DNA of 64,000 nucleotides from an uncultured Rhodobacteraceae bacterium (GCA_949372595.1 CASIAN010000005.1:21772-85771), one strand, 5' to 3'; shown: positions 1 through 12,600, numbered from the stretch's first letter. Numbers and translations are program-made. Notes: generated by a model from the sequence alone, not told the origin.

Positions 1-1
1 G

Positions 2-727
<726 letters not shown>

Positions 728-738
728 GGAGGGCCGGA

Positions 739-1149
739 ATGGCTGATACAATGCAATTTGATCTGGTAAGCCCCGAGCGCCGTCTCGCATCTATGCAGGT
801 GCAAGCGGTGCTGGTTCCGGGGGCTGATGGCGATTTGACAGCAATGGCAGATCACGCGCCATTGATTACAACCCTGCGGCCCGGGATGCTGCGGGTTGAA
901 AGCGGCGCGGGCCATCAGGAATATCTGGTGACGGGTGGATTTGCCGAAATTGGAGATGGCCTGTCGGTTCTGGCCGAGCAAGCGCTGCTGCGCGCTGATG
1001 TCACGCAAGACATCTTTGACACGCTTGCAGCCGATGCCAAGGCTGCCCATGATGCGGCAAAATCCAGCGGCGGGGACATTGATGCGACCTTTAAACGGGT
1101 TGCAGATATCGAAGCAGTCGGCACCGAACTTGGCATGACCACGCGCTGA
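739..1149 (+). CDS. atpC: F0F1 ATP synthase subunit epsilon
   Basis: 136 aa. The N-terminus [16 protein letters not shown]... is typical of alphaproteobacterial epsilon, and the gene sits directly after atpD. Confidence 0.9.
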   Translation: MADTMQFDLVSPERRLASMQVQAVLVPGADGDLTAMADHAPLITTLRPGMLRVESGAGHQEYLVTGGFAEIGDGLSVLAEQALLRADVTQDIFDTLAADAKAAHDAAKSSGGDIDATFKRVADIEAVGTELGMTTR

Positions 1150-1193
1150 ACTATGCGTTTGTTCCCACCACTGCCCTAGACTAAGAGTAAAAA

Positions 1194-1219
1194 GCCTCGA
1201 AACTATCGAGGCTTTTTTT
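1194..1219. terminator. Bidirectional intrinsic terminator between convergent atpC and prs
   Basis: GCCTCGA (1194-1200) pairs with TCGAGGC (1206-1212), followed by T7 (1213-1219). An A-run precedes the stem, so the same hairpin plus U-tract is formed on the minus strand after prs. Confidence 0.65.
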
Positions 1220-1254
1220 ATGCGTGTAACCGGCCCTGAACCCGCCACGGCCGC

Positions 1255-2271
1255 CTATTTATTAAACAGGCCCTCATAAATCGGTTCCATCGTTTCGCCG
1301 TCAAACAAAGACGACACAGATGTGCCATTCCAGATGTTCAAAATGGCCTGTGCAAACATCGGCGCCGTGGGAACGATCCGGATATTGGGGGCATTTTTCA
1401 CTGGATCTGTCGCTTGAATCGAGTCCGTGATTACCAAAGATTTCATCACAGATTTTGACACGCGCTCGACCGCTGGCCCCGAAAGAACCCCATGGGTGAT
1501 ATAGGCATGAACTTCACTGGCGCCGTTCTCTATCAATAGATCAGCGGCTTTGCACAAGGTGCCGGCTGTATCGCAAATGTCGTCAACGATGATGCATTTT
1601 TTGCCCTCAACAGTGCCGATAACGGTCATTTCGGCAATTTCGCCGGCTTTTTCACGCCGCTTGTCGACGATGGCCAGAGGGGCCGAAATCCGTTTTGCTA
1701 ACTCGCGCGCCCGTGCAACGCCGCCAACGTCTGGGGATACCAACATGATATCGTCCATTTTGCCTTTGAACTGGTGCTCGATATCCAGAGCAAAAATTGG
1801 CGATGCATATAAGTTGTCGACGGGAATATCAAAAAACCCTTGGATTTGTGCGGCGTGTAAATCCATTGTCAAAATCCGCTCAATTCCGGATTCGACCAGC
1901 ATATTCGCCACCAATTTCGCGCTGATGGGTGTGCGGGCTTTCGACCGGCGATCCTGTCGTGCATAGCCGAAATAGGGTATGATTGCGGTAATGCGGCTGG
2001 CCGATGAGCGCCGCAAGGCATCTGATATAATCAGCAGTTCCATCAGGTGGTCATTGGCGGGGTTCGAAGTCGGTTGGATGACGAACATATCTTCGCCACG
2101 TACGTTTTCGTAAACCTCGACAAAAACCTCTTGGTCATTGAACCGCTCAACGCGGGCATCCACCAGTCCGACTGATTTTCCGCGGTGAAATGACATACGG
2201 CGGGCGATTGCTTTTGCCAGGGCTGGGTTGGCGTTGCCGGAGATAAGTTTGGGGTCAGTCAGTGTTGGCAT
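1255..2271 (-). CDS. prs: Ribose-phosphate pyrophosphokinase
   Basis: 338 aa full-length match in pattern to PRPP synthetase (...[13 protein letters not shown]...[18 protein letters not shown]...[12 protein letters not shown]...[12 protein letters not shown]). Confidence 0.95.
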   Translation of the reverse strand: MPTLTDPKLISGNANPALAKAIARRMSFHRGKSVGLVDARVERFNDQEVFVEVYENVRGEDMFVIQPTSNPANDHLMELLIISDALRRSSASRITAIIPYFGYARQDRRSKARTPISAKLVANMLVESGIERILTMDLHAAQIQGFFDIPVDNLYASPIFALDIEHQFKGKMDDIMLVSPDVGGVARARELAKRISAPLAIVDKRREKAGEIAEMTVIGTVEGKKCIIVDDICDTAGTLCKAADLLIENGASEVHAYITHGVLSGPAVERVSKSVMKSLVITDSIQATDPVKNAPNIRIVPTAPMFAQAILNIWNGTSVSSLFDGETMEPIYEGLFNK

Positions 2272-2376
2272 GTTTGGCTAAGTCCTTAGGTGCGCTAGAT
2301 CACAGAATCATAACATTGACACCGCTTAACATGTGCGTCACCGCTGGCAAAGTGATGCTTGCAAAGGAGAGAAAAT

Positions 2377-2976
2377 TTGACCCAGATTGACTGTTATTTT
2401 TCGGTAATTTCGCCCTATACCTATCTGGCTGGAGAGCGTTTGGACGAAATTGCCCAGCGCCATAACGCCAGAGTTGTATACCGGCCGTTGGATGTGATCG
2501 CACTGTTCTCACGTACCGGTGGCACCGCTCCAAAAGAACGTCATGCCAGCCGCAAAGAATACCGTCTGCAAGAACTGGTGCGTCAGGCCAAAAATGTGGG
2601 TTTACCCCTCAACCTGCAGCCGGCGCATTGGCCAGTTAATCAGGCCCCGGCGTCCTATGCTTTCATAGCGGCGAAAAACAATGGTGATGGCAATATTGGT
2701 AAATTGATGCATGTCATGACCCGAGCCTGCTGGTCCGAACAGCGCGATGTCTCGCAAGATGAAGTGATCCGCGACTGTCTCAGTGCGGCGGGCTTTGATC
2801 CGGCGCTGGCCGACAGTGGGCTGCTGCAAGGGGCGGAGGAATATGTCGCCAATCTAGAGCATGCAGTCGAGGCCGGGGCCTTTGGCGCGCCGTTTTTCAT
2901 CGTGGATGACGGACAGCGTTTCTGGGGTCAGGACCGTCTTGCCGATCTTGATGCACATCTGGCAGGCGGGGTCTAA
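2377..2976 (+). CDS. 2-hydroxychromene-2-carboxylate isomerase family protein (DsbA-like fold)
   Basis: (M)TQIDCYFSVISPYTYLAG... and C-terminal GAFGAPFFIVDDGQRFWGQDRL are typical of this family. I chose the TTG at 2377 because AAGGAGAG (2364-2371) lies 5 nt upstream; the track's TTG at 2359 has no such site. The start is uncertain. Confidence 0.7.
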   Translation: MTQIDCYFSVISPYTYLAGERLDEIAQRHNARVVYRPLDVIALFSRTGGTAPKERHASRKEYRLQELVRQAKNVGLPLNLQPAHWPVNQAPASYAFIAAKNNGDGNIGKLMHVMTRACWSEQRDVSQDEVIRDCLSAAGFDPALADSGLLQGAEEYVANLEHAVEAGAFGAPFFIVDDGQRFWGQDRLADLDAHLAGGV

Positions 2977-3782
2977 TGCCCTATGACCTGCGGGCAGGTC
3001 ACCAGACCTATTGGCGGCGGTTTGGCATTGGATCGCGCCCCACAATCTTGTTGCATTGCTCACTGGCCCATTCCGGCGCGTGGGTGGGCCTGGCGGAGGA
3101 AATGTCCCCCGACCTTCAGATGACGGCGTTTGATCTGCCGGGCCACGGGCGCAGTGCAGATTGGGATGGCGTGGCGGACTATCAATATCTCAGCACACAG
3201 ATTGCCGCCAGCTTTATTACCGAACCTGTGGATTTGATCGGGCATTCCTTTGGGGCAACGGTGGCGCTGCGATTGGCGGCAGAACAGCCGCAGAAACTGC
3301 GCTCGCTCACCTTGATAGAGCCGGTTTTTTTTGCTGTGGCTGCACAGGATGCGCCCGAAATGTTTTCGTTGGCCCAGCCGCATATGGATGCTGTGAAACA
3401 TGCTTTGGCGCAGGGCGACCGCTTAGAGGCTGCGCGGATTTTTGTTGGTGTTTGGGGTGATGGCCGGGCTTGGGATGACCTGTCCGACAGGTATAAAGAC
3501 GGTCTTGTACGGCGCATTCATATTATCGAGGCGACAGAAGGTGCGCTATATCATGATACTGCGCGCCTGCTTGCCGCCGGTGGTTTGGAGGGTATTAATA
3601 CGCCAACACTATTAATGCACGGGGCGCGGTCCGAGCCGATTATCCCAATAATTAATACAGGCCTCGCCCAGCGCTTGCGTCACAGCACCACGGTCGAGAT
3701 TGCGGGCGCGTCGCATATGATGCCACTGTCGCATCCGTACGACTGCGCCCGGGAAATTCTGAAATTTATGGATTGCGTTTGA
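2976..3782 (+). CDS. Alpha/beta-fold hydrolase
   Basis: 268 aa with the nucleophile elbow GHSFGA and a late H (ASHMMPLSHP). The ATG overlaps the upstream TAA by 1 nt. Confidence 0.75.
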   Translation: MPYDLRAGHQTYWRRFGIGSRPTILLHCSLAHSGAWVGLAEEMSPDLQMTAFDLPGHGRSADWDGVADYQYLSTQIAASFITEPVDLIGHSFGATVALRLAAEQPQKLRSLTLIEPVFFAVAAQDAPEMFSLAQPHMDAVKHALAQGDRLEAARIFVGVWGDGRAWDDLSDRYKDGLVRRIHIIEATEGALYHDTARLLAAGGLEGINTPTLLMHGARSEPIIPIINTGLAQRLRHSTTVEIAGASHMMPLSHPYDCAREILKFMDCV

Positions 3783-3801
3783 AAGTTGATTTCGGCCACG
3801 G

Positions 3802-4407
3802 CTATTTTTGACCAATTTTTGGCTCTGTGCCTGCCTTCAAGCGGGCAATGTTTGCGCGATGGCGCTCAAACACCAATAAGGCCAGCACAGCACAAAGTCC
3901 GATCATCTGCGCCTGCCCAAACACCGCCGCCCATAGCAGCGATGAGGCGGCCGCCACCAGCGCTGAAAGCGATGAGATCCGCATGAAATAGGCGGTGGCC
4001 AGCCAGCTTGCGCAGCACGCCAGTCCCAGCGGAAAAGACAGCCCCAGCATCACGCCCAGAAACGTTGCCGCGCCCTTGCCGCCCTTGAATTTGAGAAAGA
4101 TTGGAAAGCAATGCCCTATTAGCGCTGCTAATCCGGCCAGTTGTGCGGCGTCCTCTCCACTTATTGCACGCGCCAGCAACACTGCTGCGGTGCCCTTGCC
4201 GCCGTCTAAAATCAGCGTCAATGCTGCGGCAGTCTTATTGCCGGTGCGCAGCACATTGGTGGCGCCTATATTGCCCGACCCCTGCTTGCGCAAATCGCCC
4301 AGACCCATCAGGCGCGAGAGCACGATGCCAAAAGGCACAGAGCCCATCCCATACCCCACAGCAGCCCAGAGACCCAGAATCAGGATAGGTGTATCAATCG
4401 GGGTCAT
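3802..4407 (-). CDS. plsY: Glycerol-3-phosphate acyltransferase PlsY
   Basis: 201 aa polytopic membrane protein with the GSGNIGATNVLRTG and KGGKG motifs. Its start overlaps the upstream gene's stop by 4 nt. Confidence 0.9.
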   Translation of the reverse strand: MTPIDTPILILGLWAAVGYGMGSVPFGIVLSRLMGLGDLRKQGSGNIGATNVLRTGNKTAAALTLILDGGKGTAAVLLARAISGEDAAQLAGLAALIGHCFPIFLKFKGGKGAATFLGVMLGLSFPLGLACCASWLATAYFMRISSLSALVAAASSLLWAAVFGQAQMIGLCAVLALLVFERHRANIARLKAGTEPKIGQK

Positions 4408-5690
4408 ACAGAAGCCTCATATACAGGTTCACCTGCAACATAGGTCGCCAGAACGCGGCCCTGCATCTTGGCTTCGTCAAACGGGGTATTTTTTGACTTC
4501 GACAATAGGGTAAAGCGGTTCATAACAAACGGCGCATGGGCATCAAACAGCAACAAATCGGCCGGTGCGCCAGCGGCCATGCGCCCGGCGGCCAGGCCCA
4601 ACCGTTTGGCGGGGTTATATGACAGGGCGCGAAATAACTGTGGCAGTTCAAGATCTCCGGCGTGGAACAGCCGCAGCGCAGCGGGCAATAAGGTCTCCAG
4701 CGCCACAGCGCCTGAGGCGGCTTCTTCAAACGGCAGGCGTTTGCTTTCTTCGTCTTGTGGGGTGTGCATCGAGCTTATGATGTCGATCAGGCCACTTTGC
4801 ACCGCCGCGACCACCGCCTTGCGGTCTTCTTCAGAGCGCAGGGGCGGTTTGACCTTGAAAAAAGTACGGTAATCGGCGACGTCCAATTCGTTCAGCGTGA
4901 GATGATGAATAGAGGTGCCGGCCGTGATGTCCAGACCGTTGGCCTTGGCGCGTTCCAGTGCCGGCAGGGCACGGGCTGTGGTGATTTGATCGGCGTGATA
5001 GCGTGCGCCGGTCATTTCAACCAGCGCGATATCCCGGTCCAGGCCCATGCGCTCTGCCATTGCCGAGACTGCCGGCAAGCCGCGCAGCGAGGCAAATTTT
5101 CCCGAGGTTGCTGCGGCGCCTTTGGACAGGGTGGGTTCCTGCGGGTGGGCGATTACCAAAGCGCCCAAAGCGCAGGCATAGCTTAGGGCCCGGGCAAATA
5201 CCTTGGGGTTGCTCACCACGTGGTCGCAATCGGTAAAGGCGATCGCGCCTGCATCCATTAAAAAGCCAATCTCGCTCATTTCGCGGCCGTTGCGGCCCTT
5301 GGTCAGTGCCGCCATCGGTATCACATTGACAGGCGTGGCCTGATTGGCGCGCCTGGCGATAAACTCAAGCGTTTCTGGGCTGTCGATCGCCGGGGTGGTG
5401 TCGGGGCGGGTGACCATCGTGGTGATGCCGCCTGCCGCTGCGGCCAGACCTGCAGATTTGAAAGATTCCTTATGCCGTTCGCCTGGCTCACAAACTTTGA
5501 CGCCAATGTCAATAATACCGGGTGCGAGGTATTTATTGTGGCAATCCACAGAATGTTCATTGGGGTTTGCACTCAAGGGGGATTGGCTGACTTGGGTGAT
5601 AAGGCCGTTTTCGATCCGGATGTCGGCGCGGGTGATGGTCCCGGCCTCGGGGTCGATCACTTGGGCGTTATGCAGCAGTCGCTTTGTCAT
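4404..5690 (-). CDS. Dihydroorotase-like protein (PyrC'/PyrX type, probably non-catalytic ATCase partner)
   Basis: 428 aa amidohydrolase-fold DHOase homolog, translationally coupled to pyrB (4-nt overlap). The canonical PGxxDxHxHxRxPG metal site reads [14 protein letters not shown] here. Confidence 0.8.
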   Translation of the reverse strand: MTKRLLHNAQVIDPEAGTITRADIRIENGLITQVSQSPLSANPNEHSVDCHNKYLAPGIIDIGVKVCEPGERHKESFKSAGLAAAAGGITTMVTRPDTTPAIDSPETLEFIARRANQATPVNVIPMAALTKGRNGREMSEIGFLMDAGAIAFTDCDHVVSNPKVFARALSYACALGALVIAHPQEPTLSKGAAATSGKFASLRGLPAVSAMAERMGLDRDIALVEMTGARYHADQITTARALPALERAKANGLDITAGTSIHHLTLNELDVADYRTFFKVKPPLRSEEDRKAVVAAVQSGLIDIISSMHTPQDEESKRLPFEEAASGAVALETLLPAALRLFHAGDLELPQLFRALSYNPAKRLGLAAGRMAAGAPADLLLFDAHAPFVMNRFTLLSKSKNTPFDEAKMQGRVLATYVAGEPVYEASV

Positions 5691-6643
5691 GCCGTCACCT
5701 CGCCGCTGGCGGGGGCGTCGCGTAGATTGCGTGCCAGCAGGTCCATCGCGGCCATGCGTACTGCAACCCCCATTTCCACCTGTTCCTGTATTACGGATCG
5801 GTTGATGTCATCGGCAATTTCGCCGTCGATTTCCACACCGCGGTTCATCGGTCCGGGATGCATCACAATGGCATCATCTTTGGCATATTGCAGCTTTTCT
5901 GAATCCAATCCGTACCGGTGATAATATTCCCGCTCCGAGGGGATGAAACCACCATCCATGCGTTCTTTCTGCAATCGCAACATCATCACCACATCCACAT
6001 CTTGCAATCCGACATGCATATCTTGATAGACTTCGCAGCCCAGCTCGGCGATGCCGGCAGGCATCAGGGTTGGGGGGCCGATCAGGCGAATTCGGTTTTC
6101 CATCTTACCCAGTAGGATAATATTCGAACGCGCCACGCGGCTGTGGGCAATATCGCCGCATATTGCGATGTTCAACCGGTGCAGCCGGCCTTTGGCACGA
6201 CGGATCGTGAGCCCGTCTAACAGGGCCTGCGTCGGGTGCTCGTGCTGGCCGTCACCGGCATTCAGTACCGTGCAATTGACCTTTTGTGCCAACAGATCCA
6301 CTGCGCCAGAGTGCGGGTGGCGCACCACCAAAATATCGGGGTGCATCGCATTTAAGGTCAGCGCGGTATCAATCAGCGTCTCACCTTTTTTGATCGAGCT
6401 GGCCTGCATCGCCATATTCATGACATCGGCCCCAAGACGTTTGCCTGCCAGTTCAAAGCTGGCCTGTGTCCGGGTTGAGTTTTCAAAAAACATATTGATC
6501 TGGGTCAGACCCGCCAGAACATCGGAATGTTTCAGTGGCCCGCGGTTCAGCGCCACATACTTGTCAGCAAGATCAAGGATTTCGGTGATTGCCTCGGGCC
6601 TGAGGGGTTCGATCCCAAGCAGGTGCTTGTCGGTGAAACTCAT
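5687..6643 (-). CDS. pyrB: Aspartate carbamoyltransferase catalytic subunit
   Basis: [14 protein letters not shown]...[20 protein letters not shown]...HPTQALLD...[12 protein letters not shown] chose the ATG at 6643 (GGAG 6-9 nt upstream); the track ORF's extra 46 N-terminal codons are not ATCase-like. Confidence 0.93.
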   Translation of the reverse strand: MSFTDKHLLGIEPLRPEAITEILDLADKYVALNRGPLKHSDVLAGLTQINMFFENSTRTQASFELAGKRLGADVMNMAMQASSIKKGETLIDTALTLNAMHPDILVVRHPHSGAVDLLAQKVNCTVLNAGDGQHEHPTQALLDGLTIRRAKGRLHRLNIAICGDIAHSRVARSNIILLGKMENRIRLIGPPTLMPAGIAELGCEVYQDMHVGLQDVDVVMMLRLQKERMDGGFIPSEREYYHRYGLDSEKLQYAKDDAIVMHPGPMNRGVEIDGEIADDINRSVIQEQVEMGVAVRMAAMDLLARNLRDAPASGEVTA

Positions 6644-6757
6644 CGGGAGGCTCCATATGGTTTGGCTGCTTATAGAAACCGCTGGGGCTTTGGGCAAGAT
6701 GCCGCGCTGTCTTTTGGCGTCTTTTCGATCCTTGTAAAGCAGGTTAGGCTGTGGGTC

Positions 6758-7561
6758 ATGGAATCGGCAATAGACTGGCACGGCGCGCGGGCGCTGTTAG
6801 AATGGCAAATAGAACTGGGTGTGACCGAGACAATCTTGGACCAGCCGGTGGATCGCTATGCCCTGCCGTCCAAGCTCATGACCGTGGATGCAGCCAAGTC
6901 GGTGGCGGCAACCGGGACCGGACCGGCGGGTGGCCCCGTAACGCGGGCATCGGCCGGTCCGGACCCGGTTGCGGTGGCTGTGGCAGCCGCCGGGGCGGCA
7001 CAGACATTGCCCGCTCTGCGTGAGGCACTGGCGGGGTACGACCACTGTTCTTTGAAACAAGGCGCGCGAAATTTGGTATTTTCGGATGGTAATCCAAAGG
7101 CGCGGGTGATGGTGATTGGCGAGGCCCCGGGACGCGACGAAGATCGTGTTGGGCTTCCTTTTGCGGGCCATGAGGGCCAATTTCTTGATAAGATGCTTTT
7201 GACGATTGGTCTTGACCGGACGGCCACAGAGGTGGCGCGTGGCGTTTATATGGTGACTGTGCTGCCATGGCGTCCACCGCAAAATCGTGATTTGCGGGCT
7301 GAAGATATGGCGATGATGGAGCCGTTTTTGGCCCGCCATGTGGCGTTGGCCGCACCGGATGTGATCGTTTTGATGGGAAATTTGAGTTGCCAGGCCGCGC
7401 TGGGTACGCGGGGCATTGCCCGGCTGCGGGGCACCTGGACCACGGCTTGGGGCCGACCGGCACTGCCGATGCTGCTGCCGGGCATGGTGTTGCGCACACC
7501 CGAAGCCAAGCGCGATGCTTGGGCTGATTTGCTTGCGCTACGTGCGCATTTGGAGGAGTGA
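6758..7561 (+). CDS. Uracil-DNA glycosylase, family 4, with N-terminal extension
   Basis: Family-4 motif [21 protein letters not shown] and a later HP...LR region. I chose the ATG at 6758 (MESAIDWHG...), since the upstream part of the track ORF overlaps pyrB antisense. Confidence 0.8.
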   Translation: MESAIDWHGARALLEWQIELGVTETILDQPVDRYALPSKLMTVDAAKSVAATGTGPAGGPVTRASAGPDPVAVAVAAAGAAQTLPALREALAGYDHCSLKQGARNLVFSDGNPKARVMVIGEAPGRDEDRVGLPFAGHEGQFLDKMLLTIGLDRTATEVARGVYMVTVLPWRPPQNRDLRAEDMAMMEPFLARHVALAAPDVIVLMGNLSCQAALGTRGIARLRGTWTTAWGRPALPMLLPGMVLRTPEAKRDAWADLLALRAHLEE

Positions 7562-8103
7562 TGTCTCGTATCGATGAAAATATTGCGTTTATTGCGGTGC
7601 GCATTGCGGTGCTCACCACGTCTGATACACGGCGCCTTGACGAGGACAAATCGGGCCAAACACTGGTCGATCGTCTGACAGCCGCAGGACATCATTTGGC
7701 GGCGCGCGCACTTGTCGCCGATGATAGAGTGGTGATCGCTGATCAATTGCGTGCATGGGTGGCGGACCCCGAAATTGATGTTATTATCAGCACCGGAGGC
7801 ACCGGGCTGACCGGGCGCGATGTCACGGTCGAGGCGCATTGTGACGTCTATGAAAAACAAATCGATGCGTTTGGCACCGTGTTCACCATGGTCAGTATGC
7901 AAAAAATTGGCACTTCAGCCGTGCAGAGCCGGGCAACCGCTGGGGTGGCAGGCGGCACGTATTTATTTGCGCTGCCCGGTAGCCCTGGGGCGTGTCGGGA
8001 TGCTTGGGATGAAATTCTTATCAAACAGCTCGATTTTCGGCACAAACCGTGCAATTTTGTCGAAATAATGCCGCGCTTGGACGAACATCTGCGACGGAAG
8101 TAG
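7561..8103 (+). CDS. moaB: Molybdenum cofactor biosynthesis protein B (MoaB/MogA-fold)
   Basis: [24 protein letters not shown]...DVIISTGGTGLTGRDVT...ALPGSPGAC. The ATG overlaps the UDG TGA by 1 nt, and GGAGGAG lies just upstream. Confidence 0.8.
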   Translation: MSRIDENIAFIAVRIAVLTTSDTRRLDEDKSGQTLVDRLTAAGHHLAARALVADDRVVIADQLRAWVADPEIDVIISTGGTGLTGRDVTVEAHCDVYEKQIDAFGTVFTMVSMQKIGTSAVQSRATAGVAGGTYLFALPGSPGACRDAWDEILIKQLDFRHKPCNFVEIMPRLDEHLRRK

Positions 8104-8216
8104 ACCAGCGGGTCGTTTAAGGGATAAACACTCGCAAGTGAAATGCCTTGGCGGGCAGGGTGCGAGCACTATGTAACTTTCAAGCCGAAGTAACGGCGCA
8201 TGAGGATGTTAAACCA

Positions 8217-9674
8217 ATGCGATTCTTAAGGCAAAGCCTGACGGGCCTGTTTTTATGTTCTGTGGCGATCGCTGTTTTACTCTATGCAGGCGATTTGATA
8301 AAAACCGCGCTGGACGAAAAGGCTGCGCGCGCCGACCGTCCCTCACAGAGCCGCGAGCGGGTCTTTGCGGTGAATGTCATTACTGCAAGTCCCGGGACGG
8401 TGCGTCCGGTTTTGACGGCGTTTGGCGACGTCAAAAGTCGCCGCACATTGGAAATACGCGCGGCGCTTTCAGGGCAAGTCGTTGAGCTTTCTGAAAACTT
8501 TGTAGAGGGTGGGCAGGTCGCGCAGGGGCAACTTTTGGCATTGATCGATCCTGCCAATACTCAAGATGCTCTGGCGCGGATTGAAACCGACCTCAGGGAT
8601 GCCGAAGCCGAACAGCGCGAGGCAGTTGCGGCCGTTCTTTTGGCCAACGACGAGGTTGTCGCGGCACGCGAACAGGTTGCGTTGCGCAACAGGGTGCTGC
8701 AGCGACAGAGCGATCTGCGGGCGCGGGGTGTTGGCACGGTAGCCGCTGTTGAAACTGCAGAGCTTGCCGCCTCAGTGGCGCGCCAGTCGGTACTGGCAAA
8801 ACGGCAGGGTCTTGCGCAGGCAGAAGCCCGCATCGATCAGGCCGCAACCCGTCTGGCGCGGGCGCAGATTTCTCGTGATGAGGCTAAGCGTCGATTGGCT
8901 GACACCCGCATTGTTGCGGGCTTTGACGGCATGTTGAGTGGCGTCAATCTGGTAGAGGGTGGGTTGGTTTCTCTCAACGAACGGCTGGCAAAGTTGATCG
9001 ATCCGGCGGCGCTGGAAGTGGCATTTCGGATTTCAACGGCGCAATATGCGCGTCTATTGGACGACAGCGGCGTGCTGCGACAGGCCCCAGTTAAGGTGAC
9101 GTTGAATGTGTTTGGTACCGACCTCGTATCGTCGGGGCAGTTGAGCCGCGACAGCGCTGCGGTCGGCGAAGGCCAGACCGGAAGGCTGATTTTTGCGCAA
9201 ATTAATCAACCGGTCGGTTTAAAACCTGGTGATTTTGTGACCGTTGAGGTTACCGAACCACCTCTGAACTATGTGATCCGCTTGCCGTCCTCGGCACTGG
9301 ATGCAGCCGGAGAGGTTTTGATTTTGGGGGAAGAGGACCGCTTGCTGGCGCGGCCTGCAAAATTGTTGCGTCGGCAAGGCGATGACATTTTGGTCCGGGC
9401 GCCGGATTTGAACGGTGCAGAAATTGTGGCTGAACGATCACCTCTACTGGGTGCGGGGATCAAAGTGCGGCCGTTGCGCGCAACCGATGATAAAGCGCCC
9501 AAAGCCCCGGATATGGTGGAGCTAACCGCCGAGCGCAAGGCCAAGCTGGTGGCGTTTGTGACTGCGAACAAACGCATGCCAGCGGCGGCTAAACAACGCA
9601 TTCTTGGCCAGCTTGAAAAACCCAAAGTCCCCGTCCAGATGGTCGAGCGGATTGAAAGCAGGATGGGCGGTTAG
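8217..9674 (+). CDS. Efflux RND transporter periplasmic adaptor subunit (HlyD/MFP family) with a C-terminal tail
   Basis: N-terminal TM anchor, coiled-coil hairpin (DLRDAEAEQREA...), and beta-barrel/MP domains. It is followed 2 nt later by the RND permease. I chose the ATG at 8217 (MRFLRQSLTGLFL...). Confidence 0.8.
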   Translation: MRFLRQSLTGLFLCSVAIAVLLYAGDLIKTALDEKAARADRPSQSRERVFAVNVITASPGTVRPVLTAFGDVKSRRTLEIRAALSGQVVELSENFVEGGQVAQGQLLALIDPANTQDALARIETDLRDAEAEQREAVAAVLLANDEVVAAREQVALRNRVLQRQSDLRARGVGTVAAVETAELAASVARQSVLAKRQGLAQAEARIDQAATRLARAQISRDEAKRRLADTRIVAGFDGMLSGVNLVEGGLVSLNERLAKLIDPAALEVAFRISTAQYARLLDDSGVLRQAPVKVTLNVFGTDLVSSGQLSRDSAAVGEGQTGRLIFAQINQPVGLKPGDFVTVEVTEPPLNYVIRLPSSALDAAGEVLILGEEDRLLARPAKLLRRQGDDILVRAPDLNGAEIVAERSPLLGAGIKVRPLRATDDKAPKAPDMVELTAERKAKLVAFVTANKRMPAAAKQRILGQLEKPKVPVQMVERIESRMGG

Positions 9675-9676
9675 CG

Positions 9677-12600
9677 ATGCGCCACCTTTCCTCTAGTGCG
9701 ACCGGGCTTCTGTCGTATTTTATCCGCCACAAAACGCTGGCCAACTTGCTGTTGGTGGTGCTGATTGTTGCGGGTTTAATGGCCTTACCCCGCATGAGGG
9801 CGCAGTTTTTCCCCGATGTCGTTTTGGAATCGGTGTCGGTTTATGTGGTATGGGACGGCGCCGGTGCCGAGGATGTTGACAGGGCGATTGTTCAGGTGTT
9901 GGAACCTGTTTTGTTGGCGGTTGAGGGCGTGGAAAGCACCGAGAGCACGTCGCGTGAGGGCTCGGCACGGGTCAAGCTGGAGTTCGAACCCAACTGGGAT
10001 ATGGCGCGGGCCACAGATGACGTGCAAACCGCCATCGAGACGGTCACGACCCTGCCCGATGAGGCAGATACACCGATTGTGCGCCGTGCGGTTTGGCGTG
10101 ATCGAGTGACCGATGTGGTGATCAGCGGGCCGGTGGGGATTGAACAGCTTGGACGCTTTACTGACGAATTGGTTACGCGTCTTTATAATGCAGGGGCCAC
10201 CCGGAGCACGATCCGCGGGCTGGCCGCCCCTGAGACGGTGATCGAAGTACCGAGCGCCAACTTGCGGGCCTATAAAATTTCTATGCAGCAGATTGCGCAG
10301 GCAATTGCGGAAGAGGTTGACGTCGATCCCGCCGGCGATGTCACGGGCTCAAACACCCGGGTTCGAACCGGGATTGCCAAACGTTCGGCGGCGCAGATAC
10401 GCGCCATTGTGCTACGTTCCAACCCGGATGGATCAAGCCTGACGGTAGGGGATGTCGCCCGAGTGGGCGTTGATGGGATTGATCGTAAGCGCAGTTATTT
10501 TGTTGGTGAACGGCCGGCGATGTCGGTGCGTATAGACCGCTCTGACCGAGGGGACGCCATTGGCATTCAGCGCGTGGTCGAGCGGGTCGCAAAAGACTTG
10601 CAATTGACACTGCCCGCGGCGGTTGAGGTGACTTTGATCAGAACACGGGCCGCAGCAATTTCTGGCCGGCTTAATATTCTGCTAGAGAACGGGTTAACCG
10701 GTTTGGCGTTGGTGGTGGGCTTGTTGTTTCTATTTTTAAACGCCCGCACCGCGTTTTGGGTTGCAGCCGGTATACCGACTGCGATGATGGCGGCGATCGC
10801 GCTGATGTATCTGTCGGGCATTACGATCAATATGGTGTCGCTGTTTGCATTAATTATCACGCTGGGGATCGTTGTCGATGATGCGATTGTGGTGGGCGAA
10901 CATGCTGACTGGCGTGCTCGTCGTGGCGAGGGCCCTGTCGAGGCGGCGGAAAATGCCGCCCGCCGGATGGCACTTCCAGTTTTTGCCGCAACTCTTACGA
11001 CAATCATTGCATTTTTTGGTCTGACGGCGATTGGGGGCCGGTTTGGTGATTTGATTGCCGATATCCCGCTGACTGTTATCGCGGTGCTGGCGGCTTCGTT
11101 GGTCGAGTGTTTTCTGATCCTGCCCCATCACATGGCGCATGCGGTGGCCCACAGCGTCAAGGATCATTGGTATGATTATCCAAGCCGACAGGTCAATCTG
11201 GGATTTGTCTGGGTGCGTGACAGGCTGTTTCGCCGGTTTATGTCGTGGGTGGTTGACGCACGCTATGTGGTGCTGGCGTTGGTGGTTGCAGTATTGGCCA
11301 GTCAGATCGCGCTGTTTGTGCGCGGGGATGTCAAATGGCGGTTCTTTAACGCGCCGGAACGCTCTTCGGTGACTGGAAACTTTGCGATGATTCAAGGCGC
11401 GACGCGTGAGGATACGCTGGCGATGATGCGTGAAATGCAGCGTGCCACGACGGAATTGGCCGCCGATTATGAAAAACGCCACGGTCGCAATCCGATTGAA
11501 TTTGTCATCTCTGAGATTGGCGGTACTGCCGGTCGTGGCCTGGCTGGTAGCGACGCCAAAGATCCCGATCACTTGGGGGGCATATCGATCGAGTTGATTG
11601 ATGCCGATCTGCGCCCGTATTCCAGTTTTGCGTTTGTGGGTGAGTTGCAAGACGCGGTGCGCAGGCATCCACTGCTCGAGACCGTCTCATTTCGGGGCTG
11701 GCGGTCAGGCCCGGGAGGGGACGCGTTGGATGTGCAGTTTTTTGGTGCCTCTGCCGAGGTGTTGAAAGCTGCAGCCGAGGATCTTAAAACGGCGCTGGCG
11801 CAATATTCTGAGGTCTCTGCGGTCGAAGATAATCTTGCCTATGACAAGCAGGAATTGATCCTTGAGTTGACCCCGCAGGGGCAGGCGCTGGGCTTTACAA
11901 TCGATGGCTTGGGGCGGGTGCTGCGTCACCGGCTCAATGGGATTGAGGCGGCGAGCTATCCTGACGGGCCACGCAGCGCTACGATTCGGGTCGAACTGCC
12001 CTCGGGTGAGCTGACGGCTGATTTTCTGGAGCGGATGCAGTTGCGCACCCCGGCGGCGGCCTATGTGCCACTGGCTGATATTGTCAGCGTTCAGCAACGC
12101 ACCGGATTTTCCACAGTGCGCCGTGAAAACGGCATTCGATTGATTTCGGTTACGGGTGATATATCTGAAGACGATCCGGCGCGCGCCGCTGAAATTGAAA
12201 CCACTTTGCAGGCGGAAATCCTGCCCAAAATCGCGGCAGAGCGCCAGGTTGAATGGCAACTTGCAGGTCTGTCGGAGCAAGAAAACAGTTTTCTCAGTGA
12301 TGCCCGTGCCGGTTTGATCCTGTGCCTGACAGGGATTTATCTGGTTCTGGCTTGGGTGTTTGCCAGCTGGACCCGGCCCTTGGTGGTCATGTCGGTGATC
12401 CCGTTTGGTCTGGTAGGGACAATCTATGGCCATTATGTTTGGGATGTGCCGTTGTCGATGTTCAGCGTGGTTGGCCTGCTTGGTATGACCGGGATTATCA
12501 TCAATGATTCTATTGTATTGGTGACCACAATCGACGAACACGCCCGCACCCGTGGGCTTGTGCCATCGATTATTGACGGCACGGCAGATCGCCTTCGTCC

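Noticed and set aside
6644-6781. N-terminal extensions offered by the ORF track for pyrB (to 6781), greA (to 26646), tlpA (to 45195), argH (from 45065), otnK (to 43220), the bicupin (to 44287), lpdA (to 57402), tsaC (to 15665), UDG (from 6527), the ACAD (from 15681) and tyrC (from 38961).
   Set aside because: In each case an internal ATG or GTG with a recognisable Shine-Dalgarno gives the canonical family N-terminus. The extension would overlap the neighbouring gene or divergent promoter. The track also counts TTG/GTG as starts, which inflates ORF lengths.
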